DNA of 64,000 nucleotides from an uncultured Acidimicrobiia bacterium (GTDB taxonomy: Bacteria > Actinomycetota > Acidimicrobiia > Acidimicrobiales > AC-14), in contig CAWIIV010000007.1 of assembly GCA_963836205.1 (NCBI GenBank), forward strand, positions 224,001-288,000. Reading direction: 5' to 3'. The notes below the pieces were generated by a model, which worked only from the letters and a program-made list of their open reading frames with translations, was not told the origin of the DNA and ran no database searches. Positions 33,560 through 43,685 of the stretch are shown in pieces. The position numbers and the translations under genes were made by a program. Numbering within the stretch: the stretch's first letter is position 1; each line of letters opens with the position of its first letter.

Positions 33560-35567
33560 GCGCGGGGGACTCCCGCGCCGGAGGGGTCTCGGCGGGAGCG
33601 AGCCCGGCCGGGTCCGACGGGGGGGCACCCGCCGCAACCGGCGGCGTCACCTGGGTCGCCGACGGCCGAGGCACCGCCCGCCGCGGGGGTGGGGCAGGCG
33701 GATTCTGGTGGTCGATGTGATACGGCACCGACGTCACCACCGTGCCCGTCCGGAACAGGAGCTTGCCCTTGAGGAACAGGGCGCTCTGGTTGTGGAGGAT
33801 GTTCTCCCACCACTTCCCGACCACGAACTCGGGGATCACCACGGTGACGGTGTCGTCGCCCCAGCGGGCGTCGACCTCGTCGATGTACTCCACCACCGGC
33901 GCCACCAGCTCCCGGTAGCGGGAGTACTTGATCTCGAGCGGAACCTCGATGTTGTACTCCCGCCACTGGCGCTCCATCTCCTCCCGGTCGTCCTCCTCGT
34001 AGGTGACGTAGAGGGCGACCAGGTGCTGGGGGCGCAGGGAGCGGGCGTAGGCCAGGGCCTTGAGCACGCCCACGTGAATGCGGCCCACCAGCACGATCAC
34101 GGTGTGGTTGATGGGCTGGGGCCGGACCATGCTCGGGTCGAAGACGAGGGCTGTCGACACCCGGACGTAGTGCCGCTTGATGGCGCTGAACAGGAGGATG
34201 ATCATCGGGATCACGACCACGGGCAGCCACGCCCCCTTGGTGAACTTGGTCACGGCCACGATGAGCAGGACGATGCCGGTGGCGGTGGCGCCCAGGGCGT
34301 TGATGGTGATGCCCTTGCGCCAGCCGGGTTCCTTCAGGTTGAGGTGGCGCTTCACCATGCCCGTCTGGCTGAGGGTGAACGAGGTGAACACGCCCACCGC
34401 GTAGAGGGGGATGAGGGCGGTGGTGATGCCGCCGAAGGCGATCAGCAGGGCGCCGGCGGCGACGGCCAGGAACACCACGCCGTTGGAGAACACCAGCCGG
34501 TCGCCCTGGTTCATGAACTGCCGGGGCAGGAACCCGTCGCGGGCGATGATCGACGACAGCCGGGGGAAGTCGGCGTAGGCGGTGTTGGCGGCCAGGGTGA
34601 GGACGGCCGCGGTGGCGAACTGCAGGATCACGTACAGCGGACCCCCGCCGTAGACGGCCTGGCCCATCTGGGAGATGACGGTCTCGTTGTGGCTGGGGTA
34701 GGGCCCGACGTGATGGGCCAGCACCGACACGCCCACGAACAGGGTGGCCAGGATGCAGCCCATGATCGTGAGGGTGGCGGCCGCGTTCTTGGCCTCCGGC
34801 TTCTTGAATGCGGGCACGCCGTCGGCGATGGCCTCGATACCGGTCAGGGCCACTGCGCCCGAGGAGAAGCCCCGGAGCAGGAGGAACAGGCTCATGCTGC
34901 CGCCGGCCAACATCCCGTGGAAGTCCTCGGGCGAGGGCGGGGGCACCTTGGACACGTCGCCCAGGAGGTACTCCCGCCCCAGCCCGTAGGCGATGAGCAG
35001 GGAGAGGCTGGCGATGTAGGTGTAGGTGGGGAAGGCGAAGACGAAGCCCGACTCCTTGAGCCCCCGCAGGTTGGCCACTGTGATGATCAGGATCAGGACC
35101 AGGCCGACGGCCACCCGGTGCTCGGCCAGCCCCCGGAGGGCGGGCAGGGAGACGATGGCGCCCACCCCGGCCGAGATCGACACCGCCACCGTGAGGATGT
35201 AGTCGACCAGCAGCGACGCCCCCGCCACCAGCGACGGGTAGGTGCCGAGGTTGTCGCGGCTGACCAGATACGAACCACCGCCGTTGGGATAGGCGAAGAT
35301 CGTCTGCCGGTACGACGCCACCACGATGGCGATGAGGAACGCCACCACGATCGAGATCGGCACCAGCCTGCCGAGGCCCAGGGCCAGGCTGGAGCCCGTG
35401 CCCGCGGCCGCGATGACGAAGAGGATCTCCTCGGTGGCGTAGGCGGTGGACGAGATGGCGTCGGCCGAGAAGGTGGCCAGGGCAACCGGTTTCGACAGCC
35501 GCTGGTGCTCGCCCTCGGTGGTGGCGATGGGTCGTCCCACGAGAAGCCGCTTGATGGCCGCGTACAC
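33315..35567 (-). CDS. APC-family permease, KimA/YdaO-like K+/H+ symporter (copy 2)
   Basis: [56 protein letters not shown], then a low-complexity tail. Confidence 0.9.
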   Translation of the reverse strand: MYAAIKRLLVGRPIATTEGEHQRLSKPVALATFSADAISSTAYATEEILFVIAAAGTGSSLALGLGRLVPISIVVAFLIAIVVASYRQTIFAYPNGGGSYLVSRDNLGTYPSLVAGASLLVDYILTVAVSISAGVGAIVSLPALRGLAEHRVAVGLVLILIITVANLRGLKESGFVFAFPTYTYIASLSLLIAYGLGREYLLGDVSKVPPPSPEDFHGMLAGGSMSLFLLLRGFSSGAVALTGIEAIADGVPAFKKPEAKNAAATLTIMGCILATLFVGVSVLAHHVGPYPSHNETVISQMGQAVYGGGPLYVILQFATAAVLTLAANTAYADFPRLSSIIARDGFLPRQFMNQGDRLVFSNGVVFLAVAAGALLIAFGGITTALIPLYAVGVFTSFTLSQTGMVKRHLNLKEPGWRKGITINALGATATGIVLLIVAVTKFTKGAWLPVVVIPMIILLFSAIKRHYVRVSTALVFDPSMVRPQPINHTVIVLVGRIHVGVLKALAYARSLRPQHLVALYVTYEEDDREEMERQWREYNIEVPLEIKYSRYRELVAPVVEYIDEVDARWGDDTVTVVIPEFVVGKWWENILHNQSALFLKGKLLFRTGTVVTSVPYHIDHQNPPAPPPRRAVPRPSATQVTPPVAAGAPPSDPAGLAPAETPPARESPAPTRSTPPDPSTPSDSSPPSTPSDPATPSDPATPSDPAPPSDSATPSDSSTPRDPSTPSDPAPPSDPGPPSGPPGDTPPPAP
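33350..33556. repeat. Degenerate 18-bp tandem repeat (GATCCGACGGGGTCGCCG-like, about 11 units) in the overlap of two convergent genes
   Basis: Reads PTGSPD-like on + and TPSDPA-like on -. Confidence 0.8.
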
Positions 35568-35652
35568 GGGGGGTCACGGTACCTGTCCCCGCCCACCCGG
35601 ACCCCTTCGCCACGAGTTGTGTTAAGTCCCGCAAGGCTGTTGCATTGGCCCC

Positions 35653-36312
35653 GTGCACGTCATCGTCGTGGGCTGTGGGCGGGTGGGCTCGGAGCTCGCC
35701 GTGTCGTTGGAGAACGCGGGGCACACGGTGGCGGTGATCGACAAGGACCGCGACTCGTTTCGCAACCTGCCCGACTCCTTCAGCGGACGGGCTGTCCTCG
35801 GTTTCGGGTTCGACCGGGAGCACCTCGAGCAGGCGGGCATCGAGGAGGCCGGCGCCCTGGCCGCCGTCACCAGCGGCGACAACTCCAACATCCTCACCGC
35901 CCGCATCGCCCGGGAGACCTACGAGATCCCCAACGTGGTGGCCCGCATCTACGACCCCCGGCGGGCGGTGATCTACCAGCGCCTGGGCATCCAGACGGTG
36001 GCCACCGTGGCCTGGACCACCGATCAGGTGCTGCGCCGGCTGTTCCCCGAGCAGTCGGTCAGCGAGTGGACCGACGCCACCGGCAGCGTCCGCCTCATCG
36101 AGCGGGCCCTTCCCCCGTCGTGGGCCGGCCACAAGCTGACCGGGATCGAGGATCGCGACCGGGTGCGGGTGGTGGCCCTCACCCGTTCCGGGGAGGCCCG
36201 GCTGTGCGGGCCCGATCTGTTGGGCCAGGAAGGCGACCTGTTGCACCTGGCCGTCCGGTCCGACGCGGTCGAGGAACTGGAAGCCAGGCTGTCGAGGAAG
36301 GCGGGCACATGA
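35653..36312 (+). CDS. TrkA/CeoB-like potassium uptake RCK protein
   Basis: VVGCGRVG Rossmann motif, TSGDNSNI, VVARIYDPRRA. Confidence 0.92.
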   Translation: MHVIVVGCGRVGSELAVSLENAGHTVAVIDKDRDSFRNLPDSFSGRAVLGFGFDREHLEQAGIEEAGALAAVTSGDNSNILTARIARETYEIPNVVARIYDPRRAVIYQRLGIQTVATVAWTTDQVLRRLFPEQSVSEWTDATGSVRLIERALPPSWAGHKLTGIEDRDRVRVVALTRSGEARLCGPDLLGQEGDLLHLAVRSDAVEELEARLSRKAGT

Positions 36313-37010
36313 AAGTCGCCATCGCGGGCGCGGGCAACGTCGGCACCTACATCGCCGCCGACCTCAAGGAGGCCGGCCACGAGGTGATGGTCATCGAGCA
36401 GAACCCCGATCTGGTCGCCCGCCTGCGCAAGAACCTCGACGTGAAGTGGGTCATCGCCGACGCCTGTGAGGTGGCGTCGCTGCACTCGGCCGGGCTGGCC
36501 GGGGTCGATGTGGTGGTGGCCGCCACCGGCGACGACGAGGACAACCTGGTGATCTCGCTGCTGGCCAAGCAGGAGTTCGCCGTCCCCCGGGTGGTGGCCC
36601 GGGTGAACCACCCGGCCAACCAATGGTTGTTCAACGAGACGTGGGGGGTCGACGTGTCGGTGTCGACGCCCCACCTCCTCACCGCCCTGGTGGAGGAGGC
36701 GGTGTCGGTCGGCTCCCTCGTGCGCCTGCTGCAGTTCCAGGACGCCCGCCTGGTGGAGGTCACCCTGGCCGACGTGTCCCCCGCGGTCGACATCCCCATC
36801 GCGGAGATGGGGGTGCCCCGGGACGCCACCATCGTGGCCATCATCCGCGATCGGCACGTGATCGTCCCCCGGGGCGACACGGTGATGCAGGCCGGCGACG
36901 AGGTGCTGGCCCTGGTGACCCCGGAGACGGAGGAGGCGGTGAAGACCCTGCTGGTCGGGGCCAAGGTCGACACCGGCCCCGACGGCACCTTCGGCCTGGC
37001 CATGAGCTGA
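36309..37010 (+). CDS. TrkA/CeoC-like potassium uptake RCK protein
   Basis: MKVAIAGAGNVG, ATGDDEDNLV, RCK_C domain; ATGA overlap. Confidence 0.92.
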   Translation: MKVAIAGAGNVGTYIAADLKEAGHEVMVIEQNPDLVARLRKNLDVKWVIADACEVASLHSAGLAGVDVVVAATGDDEDNLVISLLAKQEFAVPRVVARVNHPANQWLFNETWGVDVSVSTPHLLTALVEEAVSVGSLVRLLQFQDARLVEVTLADVSPAVDIPIAEMGVPRDATIVAIIRDRHVIVPRGDTVMQAGDEVLALVTPETEEAVKTLLVGAKVDTGPDGTFGLAMS

Positions 37011-37034
37011 GGCGCCTCCCGGCTCGAGCCCTCC

Positions 37035-37397
37035 CTAGCCGAGGAGCTCGTACCGGGGGTTCATCAGCAGGATGCGGCCCCGACCACCCTGGTCGGTACC
37101 CCGCCCGCTGAGGAGCAGGCGGCGGCCGGGGGAGATGCCGGCGATGCGGCGGCGGCCGGTCCAGACGACCACCAGCATGCCGCTGCCGTCACCCACAGTG
37201 GCCTCCAGCGACGGGGATCCGGCCCGGGGGACGATCCGCATGGAGGAGATCTCGCCGGCCACGGTGATCTCCTCGCGGGGCTGGCACTGGCCGATGGGTG
37301 TGACTCCCGGCAGCTTGGTGCAGAAGGTGCGCAGCTGCTCCTTGTCGAGCTCGGCCACGGGCACCGACAGCTCCCGGAACAGCTTGCGCAGGGGCAC
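37035..37397 (-). CDS. Small OB-fold protein (paralog of 29215-29478)
   Basis: AGEISSMRIVPRAGSPSLEA...DGSG...WTGRRRIAGISPG...MNPRYEL. Confidence 0.85.
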   Translation of the reverse strand: MPLRKLFRELSVPVAELDKEQLRTFCTKLPGVTPIGQCQPREEITVAGEISSMRIVPRAGSPSLEATVGDGSGMLVVVWTGRRRIAGISPGRRLLLSGRGTDQGGRGRILLMNPRYELLG

Positions 37398-37405
37398 GGC
37401 CGGTC

Positions 37406-37849
37406 CTACTGGTCGGTGGGCTGGCCGTTGTGGCGCATCACCAGCCGGACTTCGGTGCCCTCGCCCGACGAGCTGAACTCGACCACGTCGACCAGGGCCC
37501 GGATGAGGGGGATGCCCAGGCCCCGCTCGAACTTGAGGCGGGCGGGGTCGGTGACCGGCGGGTGGTCGGGCAGCTCCGCCGGGTCGAACCCGGCCCCCCG
37601 GTCGCAGATGCGGACCTCGAGGCCGCCCTCATCGACCCAGCACCGGACGACGACCCGTTCGTCGGTGTCGATGGCGCTGTGGGCCTCGATGGCGTTGGTG
37701 CACGCCTCGGAGACGGCCAGCTTGAGGTCGTCGACCCGCTCGTCGGCCAGCTCGCCGTCGGCGGCGGCCATGGCCGACACTGCCAGCCGGGCCAACGCGA
37801 CGAACTCGGCCCGCGCCGGAATCTCGAGCTCCACGGCCTCCCCAACCAT
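37406..37849 (-). CDS. Anti-sigma factor, RsbW-like kinase
   Basis: DLKLAVSEACTNA, DRGAGF, GLGIPLIRALVD. Confidence 0.92.
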   Translation of the reverse strand: MVGEAVELEIPARAEFVALARLAVSAMAAADGELADERVDDLKLAVSEACTNAIEAHSAIDTDERVVVRCWVDEGGLEVRICDRGAGFDPAELPDHPPVTDPARLKFERGLGIPLIRALVDVVEFSSSGEGTEVRLVMRHNGQPTDQ

Positions 37850-37870
37850 GGTCTCCGTCCTGCCCTCCCT

Positions 37871-38212
37871 CTAGGTGCCGTCCACCACGGCTGCATCGAC
37901 CGATTCGTGGATGGAGAACACCTTGGTGAGTCCGGTGATCTCGAACACCTTCAGGATGCGGGTCTGGGTGCAGACCAGAGCGAGGTCGCCGTCGTGGCTG
38001 CGGAGCCGCTTCAGTCCGCCGACGAGCACCCCCAGCCCGGTGGAGTCGAGGAAGTCGACGGCCTCGAGGTCGACGACGATCTGGTACTTCCCGTCGCTGA
38101 CCAGCTCGATGAGCTTCTCGCGAAACTTGGGAGCGGTGTAGACGTCGACTTCGCCCGTTACGCTCAGTACGGCCCAGCCGTCGCGTTCGGTGACGTCGAG
38201 TCCGAGATCCAT
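37871..38212 (-). CDS. Anti-sigma factor antagonist (STAS), BldG/RsbV-like
   Basis: [35 protein letters not shown]. Confidence 0.93.
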   Translation of the reverse strand: MDLGLDVTERDGWAVLSVTGEVDVYTAPKFREKLIELVSDGKYQIVVDLEAVDFLDSTGLGVLVGGLKRLRSHDGDLALVCTQTRILKVFEITGLTKVFSIHESVDAAVVDGT

Positions 38213-38324
38213 GACTGCTCCTCCTCCCCGTTGCCCACAGACCCTGGGCTCGGAGCCACGCTACCCCGTTGGTCCCCCCTCCCGAAACACGGAGGGTGGT
38301 GATCTGGCCGCGACGGTGGCCGCC

Positions 38325-40571
38325 ATGGCCGACGACGGCCAGGTCGTCCACGTCGAGCGCATCCCGGCCCGGGCGGCGCGGGTGAGGGCGCCGGCCCGAC
38401 CCTTCCCCGAGGAGTTGGCCGGATGTGTACCCCCGGACGGCTTGTGGACGCACCAGGCCGCCGCCGTCGACCTCGCCCGCGCCGGCACGTCGGTGGCGGT
38501 GAGCACCGGTACCGCGTCGGGCAAGTCGCTCTGCTACCAGCTGCCGGTGGCGGAGGCCGCCCTGTCGGGCGGGACGGCTCTGCTCCTGTTCCCGACCAAG
38601 GCCCTGGCCCAGGACCAGCTGCGGTCGCTGGGGGCGCTGGGAGCCCCGGGCCTGGTGGCGGTGACCTACGACGGCGACACCGACCCGTCGGCCCGGACCT
38701 GGGCCCGGCGGTCGGCGAGCGTCGTGCTCACCAACCCCGACATGCTCCACGTGGGCGTGCTGCCCCACCACGAGCGGTGGGCTCGGTTCCTCGGCCGGTT
38801 GCAGTACGTGGTGGTCGACGAGCTGCACACCCTGCGGGGGATCTTCGGCACCCACGTGGCCCACGTCCTGCGCCGGCTGCGACGGGTGTGCGCCCACTAC
38901 CGGTCGGACCCGACGTTCGTGTTCTGCTCGGCCACCATCGGCCGCCCGGGGGAGCTGGCGTCGGCCCTGTGCGGGCGCCCGGTGGCGGAGGTGGTCGACG
39001 ACGGGTCGCCCCGCGGCGAGCGGGTGTTCGTGCTGTGGAACCCGCCGGTGGTCGACGAGGTGGCCGGCACCCGGGCGTCGGGCCACGGCCAGTCGGCCCG
39101 GCTGCTGGCGGGGCTGGTGGCCGGGGGGTCGCGGGCCATCGCCTTCACCCGCAGCCGGCGGGGGGCGGAGCTGGTGGCGGCCGAGGCCCGGCGGCGGGTG
39201 GCGGCGATGTCGGCCGCCGACGACGGGAGCGGCCGTGGGGGCCCGGGCCTGGCCGAGCTGATCCGGCCGTATCGGGGCGGGTACCTGGCGTCGGAGCGGC
39301 GGGAGATCGAGGCCGAGCTGTTCGGGGGTCGCCTCCGGGGCGTGGCCGCGACCAACGCCCTCGAGCTGGGGATCGACGTGGGCGGGCTCGACGCCTGCAT
39401 CCTCGACGGGTTTCCCGGCACCATCGCGTCGATGTGGCAGCAGGCGGGCCGGGCCGGGCGGCAACGCCAGCAATCGGCTGCGGTGCTGGTGGCGGGGGAG
39501 GACCAGCTCGACCAGTGGCTCATGGCCCACCCGTCCGAGGTGTTCTCGCGGTCGCCGGAGCCGGCGGTGGTCAACCCGGGGAACCCGTTCGTGCTCGACC
39601 CTCACCTGGCCTGCGCCGCCTACGAGCTGCCGCTGACGGCCGCCGACGAGGCGTGGTGGGGCGACGACCTTGACGACGGCGTGCGCCGGCTGGTGCTGGA
39701 GGACCGGCTGAAGTTGCGGGACGGGCGGGCGGTCTACGCCGGCGGGGCGGCACCGGCACCGTCGGTCGGGCTGCGGACGGGATCGTCGTCGTCCGAGTAC
39801 CGGATCGTCGCCGGCGACGAGGGCCGCCTGATCGGGACGGTCGACGAGGGGCGGGCGTACTCCACGGTCCATCCGGGGGCGCTGTACCTCCACCAGGGTC
39901 GGCAGTTCCGGGTGACCCGGCTTGACCGCGACGACCGGGCCGCGTGGGTGGAGCCGTGCGAGGCGGACGAGGTGACGCAGGCGATGTCCGACCTGAACGT
40001 GGCCCTGCTCGGGGTCGACGACCAGGCCGTGGTAGGCCGGGCCGAGCTGTTCGTGGGGGCCGTGGAGGTCACCGAGCGGGTGACGGGCTACCAACGGCGG
40101 CGACGGTCGACCCGGGAGGTGCTGGAGCTGGTGGCGCTGGAGCTGCCACCCACCCGCCTTCGCACCCGGGCCTTCTGGTACGTGTTGGACGACTCGTTGT
40201 TGGCCGACGCCGGCATCCACCCGGCCCGGGTGCCCGGGGTCGTCCACGCGGTGGAGCACGCCGCCATCGGGATGCTGCCGCTCTTCACGATCTGCGACCG
40301 GTGGGACGTCGGCGGGCTGTCGACCAACCGCCAGGCCCAGACGGGGCTGGCCACGATCGTGATCTACGACGGCTACCCGGGCGGGGCCGGAATCGCCGAG
40401 CTGGGCTTCGCCGCCGGTCGCGGCCACCTGGAGGCCACGCTCGAGGTCGTGTCCCGGTGCGGGTGCGTCGCCGGCTGCCCGTCGTGCGTGCAGTCGCCCA
40501 AGTGCGGCAACCTCAACGAACCGCTGGACAAGGCGGGCGCGGTGTCGCTCCTGACGGCCCTTCTGGACTGA
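38325..40571 (+). CDS. DEAD/DEAH helicase with DUF1998 (MrfA/Hrq1/SftH-like)
   Basis: TGTASGKSL, VVDELH, SAT, QQAGRAGR, C-terminal CGCxxGCPSCVQSPKCGN. Start approximate. Confidence 0.92.
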   Translation: MADDGQVVHVERIPARAARVRAPARPFPEELAGCVPPDGLWTHQAAAVDLARAGTSVAVSTGTASGKSLCYQLPVAEAALSGGTALLLFPTKALAQDQLRSLGALGAPGLVAVTYDGDTDPSARTWARRSASVVLTNPDMLHVGVLPHHERWARFLGRLQYVVVDELHTLRGIFGTHVAHVLRRLRRVCAHYRSDPTFVFCSATIGRPGELASALCGRPVAEVVDDGSPRGERVFVLWNPPVVDEVAGTRASGHGQSARLLAGLVAGGSRAIAFTRSRRGAELVAAEARRRVAAMSAADDGSGRGGPGLAELIRPYRGGYLASERREIEAELFGGRLRGVAATNALELGIDVGGLDACILDGFPGTIASMWQQAGRAGRQRQQSAAVLVAGEDQLDQWLMAHPSEVFSRSPEPAVVNPGNPFVLDPHLACAAYELPLTAADEAWWGDDLDDGVRRLVLEDRLKLRDGRAVYAGGAAPAPSVGLRTGSSSSEYRIVAGDEGRLIGTVDEGRAYSTVHPGALYLHQGRQFRVTRLDRDDRAAWVEPCEADEVTQAMSDLNVALLGVDDQAVVGRAELFVGAVEVTERVTGYQRRRRSTREVLELVALELPPTRLRTRAFWYVLDDSLLADAGIHPARVPGVVHAVEHAAIGMLPLFTICDRWDVGGLSTNRQAQTGLATIVIYDGYPGGAGIAELGFAAGRGHLEATLEVVSRCGCVAGCPSCVQSPKCGNLNEPLDKAGAVSLLTALLD

Positions 40572-40601
40572 CCCTCCGCCGCGGCCGGGGGCGGCAGCCC
40601 G

Positions 40602-42974
40602 TTAGCGCCGAGGGCCGACGAAGACCTCGGGGTTGGCCGCCCAGTCCACCTCGTCCTCGTCGTCGAAGAGCGCATAGAGCAGGTGGCGGTCGGGCTCCGG
40701 CTCCGGCTCGAAGACCCGCTCCGGCTCGACCTTGGCCCGTCGCTCCGGCGCGGGCTCGACCTTGGCCCGTCGCTCCGGCTCGACCGTCGCCCGACGCTCC
40801 GGCACGGCCTTGGCCCGTCGCTCCGGCTCGAACAGCGTCTCCACCTCGGCCATTGCATCCGGGTCGAAGAAGGTCTCGACGTCGGGCACGCGCTCCGGCT
40901 CGAAGTCCGGCAGGGTCGTTCCTTGGGCCTCGGGTTTCGGTTCGCCGGACCGCCAGGGCGCATGGGCCGGCTCGGGCTCGGGCGCCGGCTCCATATCGAG
41001 CGCCATCTCGGGCCCAGCCGTGGCGCCGTCAGCCTCGACGACGTGCTCGGCCTCGGCGTGGGCGACGAGCTTCGGCTCGCGGGAGCGGCCGCGCCGGACC
41101 CGGCGTGCCGGCTCGGGCACGACATCGTCGTCCATCTCGGGCTCAGCCGATCGCTCGGGCTCGGCGGGTGCCACGGGTACCCGGGCCCGGTGGGGCTGGG
41201 GCGGCAGCGGCGGCTCGGGCTCGCCGTCGAGCTCCGCTGTGGACCAGTCCATTCGCGCAGGCTCGACGACGGCCTCGGCCTCGGCCTCGGGCTCGGGCTC
41301 GGCGTGGGCCACGGGCCGCCGGGGCCGGGCGGGCTCGGGGCCGGGCTGTTCGGGCCCGCGATCGTGCTCCGCATCCGGCCAATCCATTTGCTCGGGCTCG
41401 ACGACGGGCGACCGGGCGGGCCGCGCCGGCTCGGGCATGAGATCGAACTCCGCCGCGGACCAGTCCGTTCGCTCAGGCTCGACGTCGGGCTCGGGCTCGG
41501 CGAGGGCCACGCCCACCCGGGACCGGGCGGGCAGGGGCGGAAGGGCAGGCTCGGGCACGTCATCGAGCTCCGGCGGGGGACCGTAGCGGTCGTGGTCGGC
41601 ATCGTCGGCATCGGCATCGTCGGCATCGTCGGCATCGTCGGGGGCGTCGAGGAACCCGAGGGCCAAGGCGGGCTCGAACTCGGCCCACACCGGTAGCCCG
41701 GCCAGATCGTCGTCGGGTGGAGCCCGGTGATGACCGTTGGCCACCGCGGCGGCGACATCGAGGGTGATCGGCATCGAGGCCTGTCTGGCAGCGGCCTGGT
41801 TGGCCCGCGCCGCCTCCAGCGCCCGGGCCACGTAGGTCCCCGGCGGTGGCTTCTCGGGGGCGGCCTTGGTGCGCACGTTGAGCAGCCGGACGTGGCCGGC
41901 CATGACGAGCAGGATGAGGCCCGCGGCCACCGGGACGAGCGGGCGGTTGCGCTTGAACTCGGCCACCTGCCGCTGCCGGGGCGTCGTCGGCAGCACCGCG
42001 TCCTCCTCGCCCGGCTCGGCCTCGTCGGGGAACGTGCCGAAGGGGAGGGTGTCGCCGAAGCCGGTGTCGGGCAGGTCGAGGAAGATCGGACCCGGGCTGG
42101 GCAGAGTGGGTGCCTGCCCGGACAGGAACGCCCCGATGTCGACGCCCTGGCCGGCCACGGTGGTCACCGGGCCGCCGGGGGGGTCGCCGGGATTGGTGGT
42201 GGTGGGCGGCGGGACGACGCTGATGGTGCGCTCGCCCGACGCAGTCGAGAGCTTGGTCGACTTCTCGTCACCGGTGAAGCCTCTGCGGACGGCGACGACC
42301 TTGTAGGCGAAGTCGCCTCCGCTGGTCGCGGCGGCGCTGGTGTCGGTGAACGTGGGACGCCCCGACGCCGGCTGCCTGATGTCGGACCCGAGCCGGCGGA
42401 AGTCGCCCCCGGGGTCCTTGCGGAAGAGGGCGTAGTAGAGGATGTCGGGCTCGCCGTTGCGGGCCCACGACACCTCCACGTTGCGGTCGTCACCGGTCTG
42501 GAGCCTGAGGTCGGTGGGTGCCGCCGGTTCCACGCCCAGGCGGAAGGTGATCGGCTCCACCGACGCCGACCCGGGGCTGCCGCAGCCCAGCCCCACGATG
42601 TCGCAGTACTTGCCGGTGGCTTCGACCACGTAAGGCCCGTTGTAGGTCAGCTCCGGGATCTCCCAGGTGAAGCTGACGTTGCCGGTGCCGCAATCCCCGG
42701 CGGTGGCGAGCTGGCAGCCGTCCTGGCCTATTGCGTCGCCGCCGGTGGGTCCGGTGGGCGAGACCCGGAGGTTGATCGCCGAGATCTGTTCCGTCGCCAG
42801 CCCGAGCAGTGACGCCCCGGTGAACGTGCCGCTGGCCACGGGCGACGTCGTCACGTCGTCGGCGGGGTCGATCGACATCGACCGGGCCGGGTCGGCGCCC
42901 GCCGGGGCGGCACTGCCCACGACCAGCACCACTACCGCGGCCGCTCCGCTCAGGAGCCGGCCGTAATGGCCCAT
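40602..42974 (-). CDS. Exported single-pass membrane protein: Cys-containing beta/FN3-like ectodomain, TM, long acidic Glu/Pro tail
   Basis: Signal peptide, FN3-like AAPTDL...VSW...Y...YKVVAV, TM LVPVAAGLILLVMAG, EPER repeats. Confidence 0.7.
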   Translation of the reverse strand: MGHYGRLLSGAAAVVVLVVGSAAPAGADPARSMSIDPADDVTTSPVASGTFTGASLLGLATEQISAINLRVSPTGPTGGDAIGQDGCQLATAGDCGTGNVSFTWEIPELTYNGPYVVEATGKYCDIVGLGCGSPGSASVEPITFRLGVEPAAPTDLRLQTGDDRNVEVSWARNGEPDILYYALFRKDPGGDFRRLGSDIRQPASGRPTFTDTSAAATSGGDFAYKVVAVRRGFTGDEKSTKLSTASGERTISVVPPPTTTNPGDPPGGPVTTVAGQGVDIGAFLSGQAPTLPSPGPIFLDLPDTGFGDTLPFGTFPDEAEPGEEDAVLPTTPRQRQVAEFKRNRPLVPVAAGLILLVMAGHVRLLNVRTKAAPEKPPPGTYVARALEAARANQAAARQASMPITLDVAAAVANGHHRAPPDDDLAGLPVWAEFEPALALGFLDAPDDADDADDADADDADHDRYGPPPELDDVPEPALPPLPARSRVGVALAEPEPDVEPERTDWSAAEFDLMPEPARPARSPVVEPEQMDWPDAEHDRGPEQPGPEPARPRRPVAHAEPEPEAEAEAVVEPARMDWSTAELDGEPEPPLPPQPHRARVPVAPAEPERSAEPEMDDDVVPEPARRVRRGRSREPKLVAHAEAEHVVEADGATAGPEMALDMEPAPEPEPAHAPWRSGEPKPEAQGTTLPDFEPERVPDVETFFDPDAMAEVETLFEPERRAKAVPERRATVEPERRAKVEPAPERRAKVEPERVFEPEPEPDRHLLYALFDDEDEVDWAANPEVFVGPRR

Positions 42975-42988
42975 CCGCCGGCTGGCGG

Positions 42989-43600
42989 TCACGCCGCCTT
43001 GATGTCGTGAACCCATTTGCCCTGGACCACCAGGCGTTGGGCAGCAGAGCCCTTGGGGTGGCAGGTGGTGAGGGTGAGCACCTTGTCCGCCGTCGTGGCG
43101 ATGACGCCGAGGTCGGTGGGCGTGGTGACCCACGGGTCCTTGGTGAGCTCGTACTGGCACGCCCCGACGGGCGTGATGAGGTCGATGGTGTCGCCGGCCT
43201 TGAGCTCGTCGAGGTTGCCGAAGGGGCGCCCGTAGGTGGTGCGGTGCCCGGCGATGGCGACGTTGCCGCCTTCGCACGGCAGGGCCGTGTTGGGGTAGTG
43301 GCCGGCGCCGGCCCGCAGCGCGCTGGGGGTGATCCCCTCGACGACGACCACGTCGACGTCGATGGCGGGGATCCGGATGCGGGTCAGGCTGTCGCCGGTC
43401 TCGACCTTTCCCTCCTTGTAGGCCTGCTGCAGCTCGGGGCTCACCAACTGGTCGTCGAGCTTGGCCTGGATACGGCTCTGCCAGGCGTTGGTGAAGAAGG
43501 GATAGCCGACGAGGCCGATGCCCCCGAGGAGAAGCGCCACCGACAGCCCGGAAAGGCTCACGCGAATCCAGCGGTGGCTGCGGAGAAGGTTTATGAGCAC
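42989..43600 (-). CDS. Sortase (class E-like)
   Basis: N-terminal TM, AIAGHRTTYG, LTLTTCHP, catalytic Arg in QRLVV. Confidence 0.93.
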   Translation of the reverse strand: MLINLLRSHRWIRVSLSGLSVALLLGGIGLVGYPFFTNAWQSRIQAKLDDQLVSPELQQAYKEGKVETGDSLTRIRIPAIDVDVVVVEGITPSALRAGAGHYPNTALPCEGGNVAIAGHRTTYGRPFGNLDELKAGDTIDLITPVGACQYELTKDPWVTTPTDLGVIATTADKVLTLTTCHPKGSAAQRLVVQGKWVHDIKAA

Positions 43601-43685
43601 GCGGCCCTACCAATCAATTCAGGCTCGATCCAGATGCAACGTGAGGGTACCGGAGCCGCCGGTGGGCCCGGCGTCAGCCCGGCGG

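Noticed and set aside
35568-35652. c-di-AMP (ydaO) riboswitch upstream of the KimA-like genes
   Set aside because: Both upstream spacers are under 90 bp and lack the conserved riboswitch motifs.
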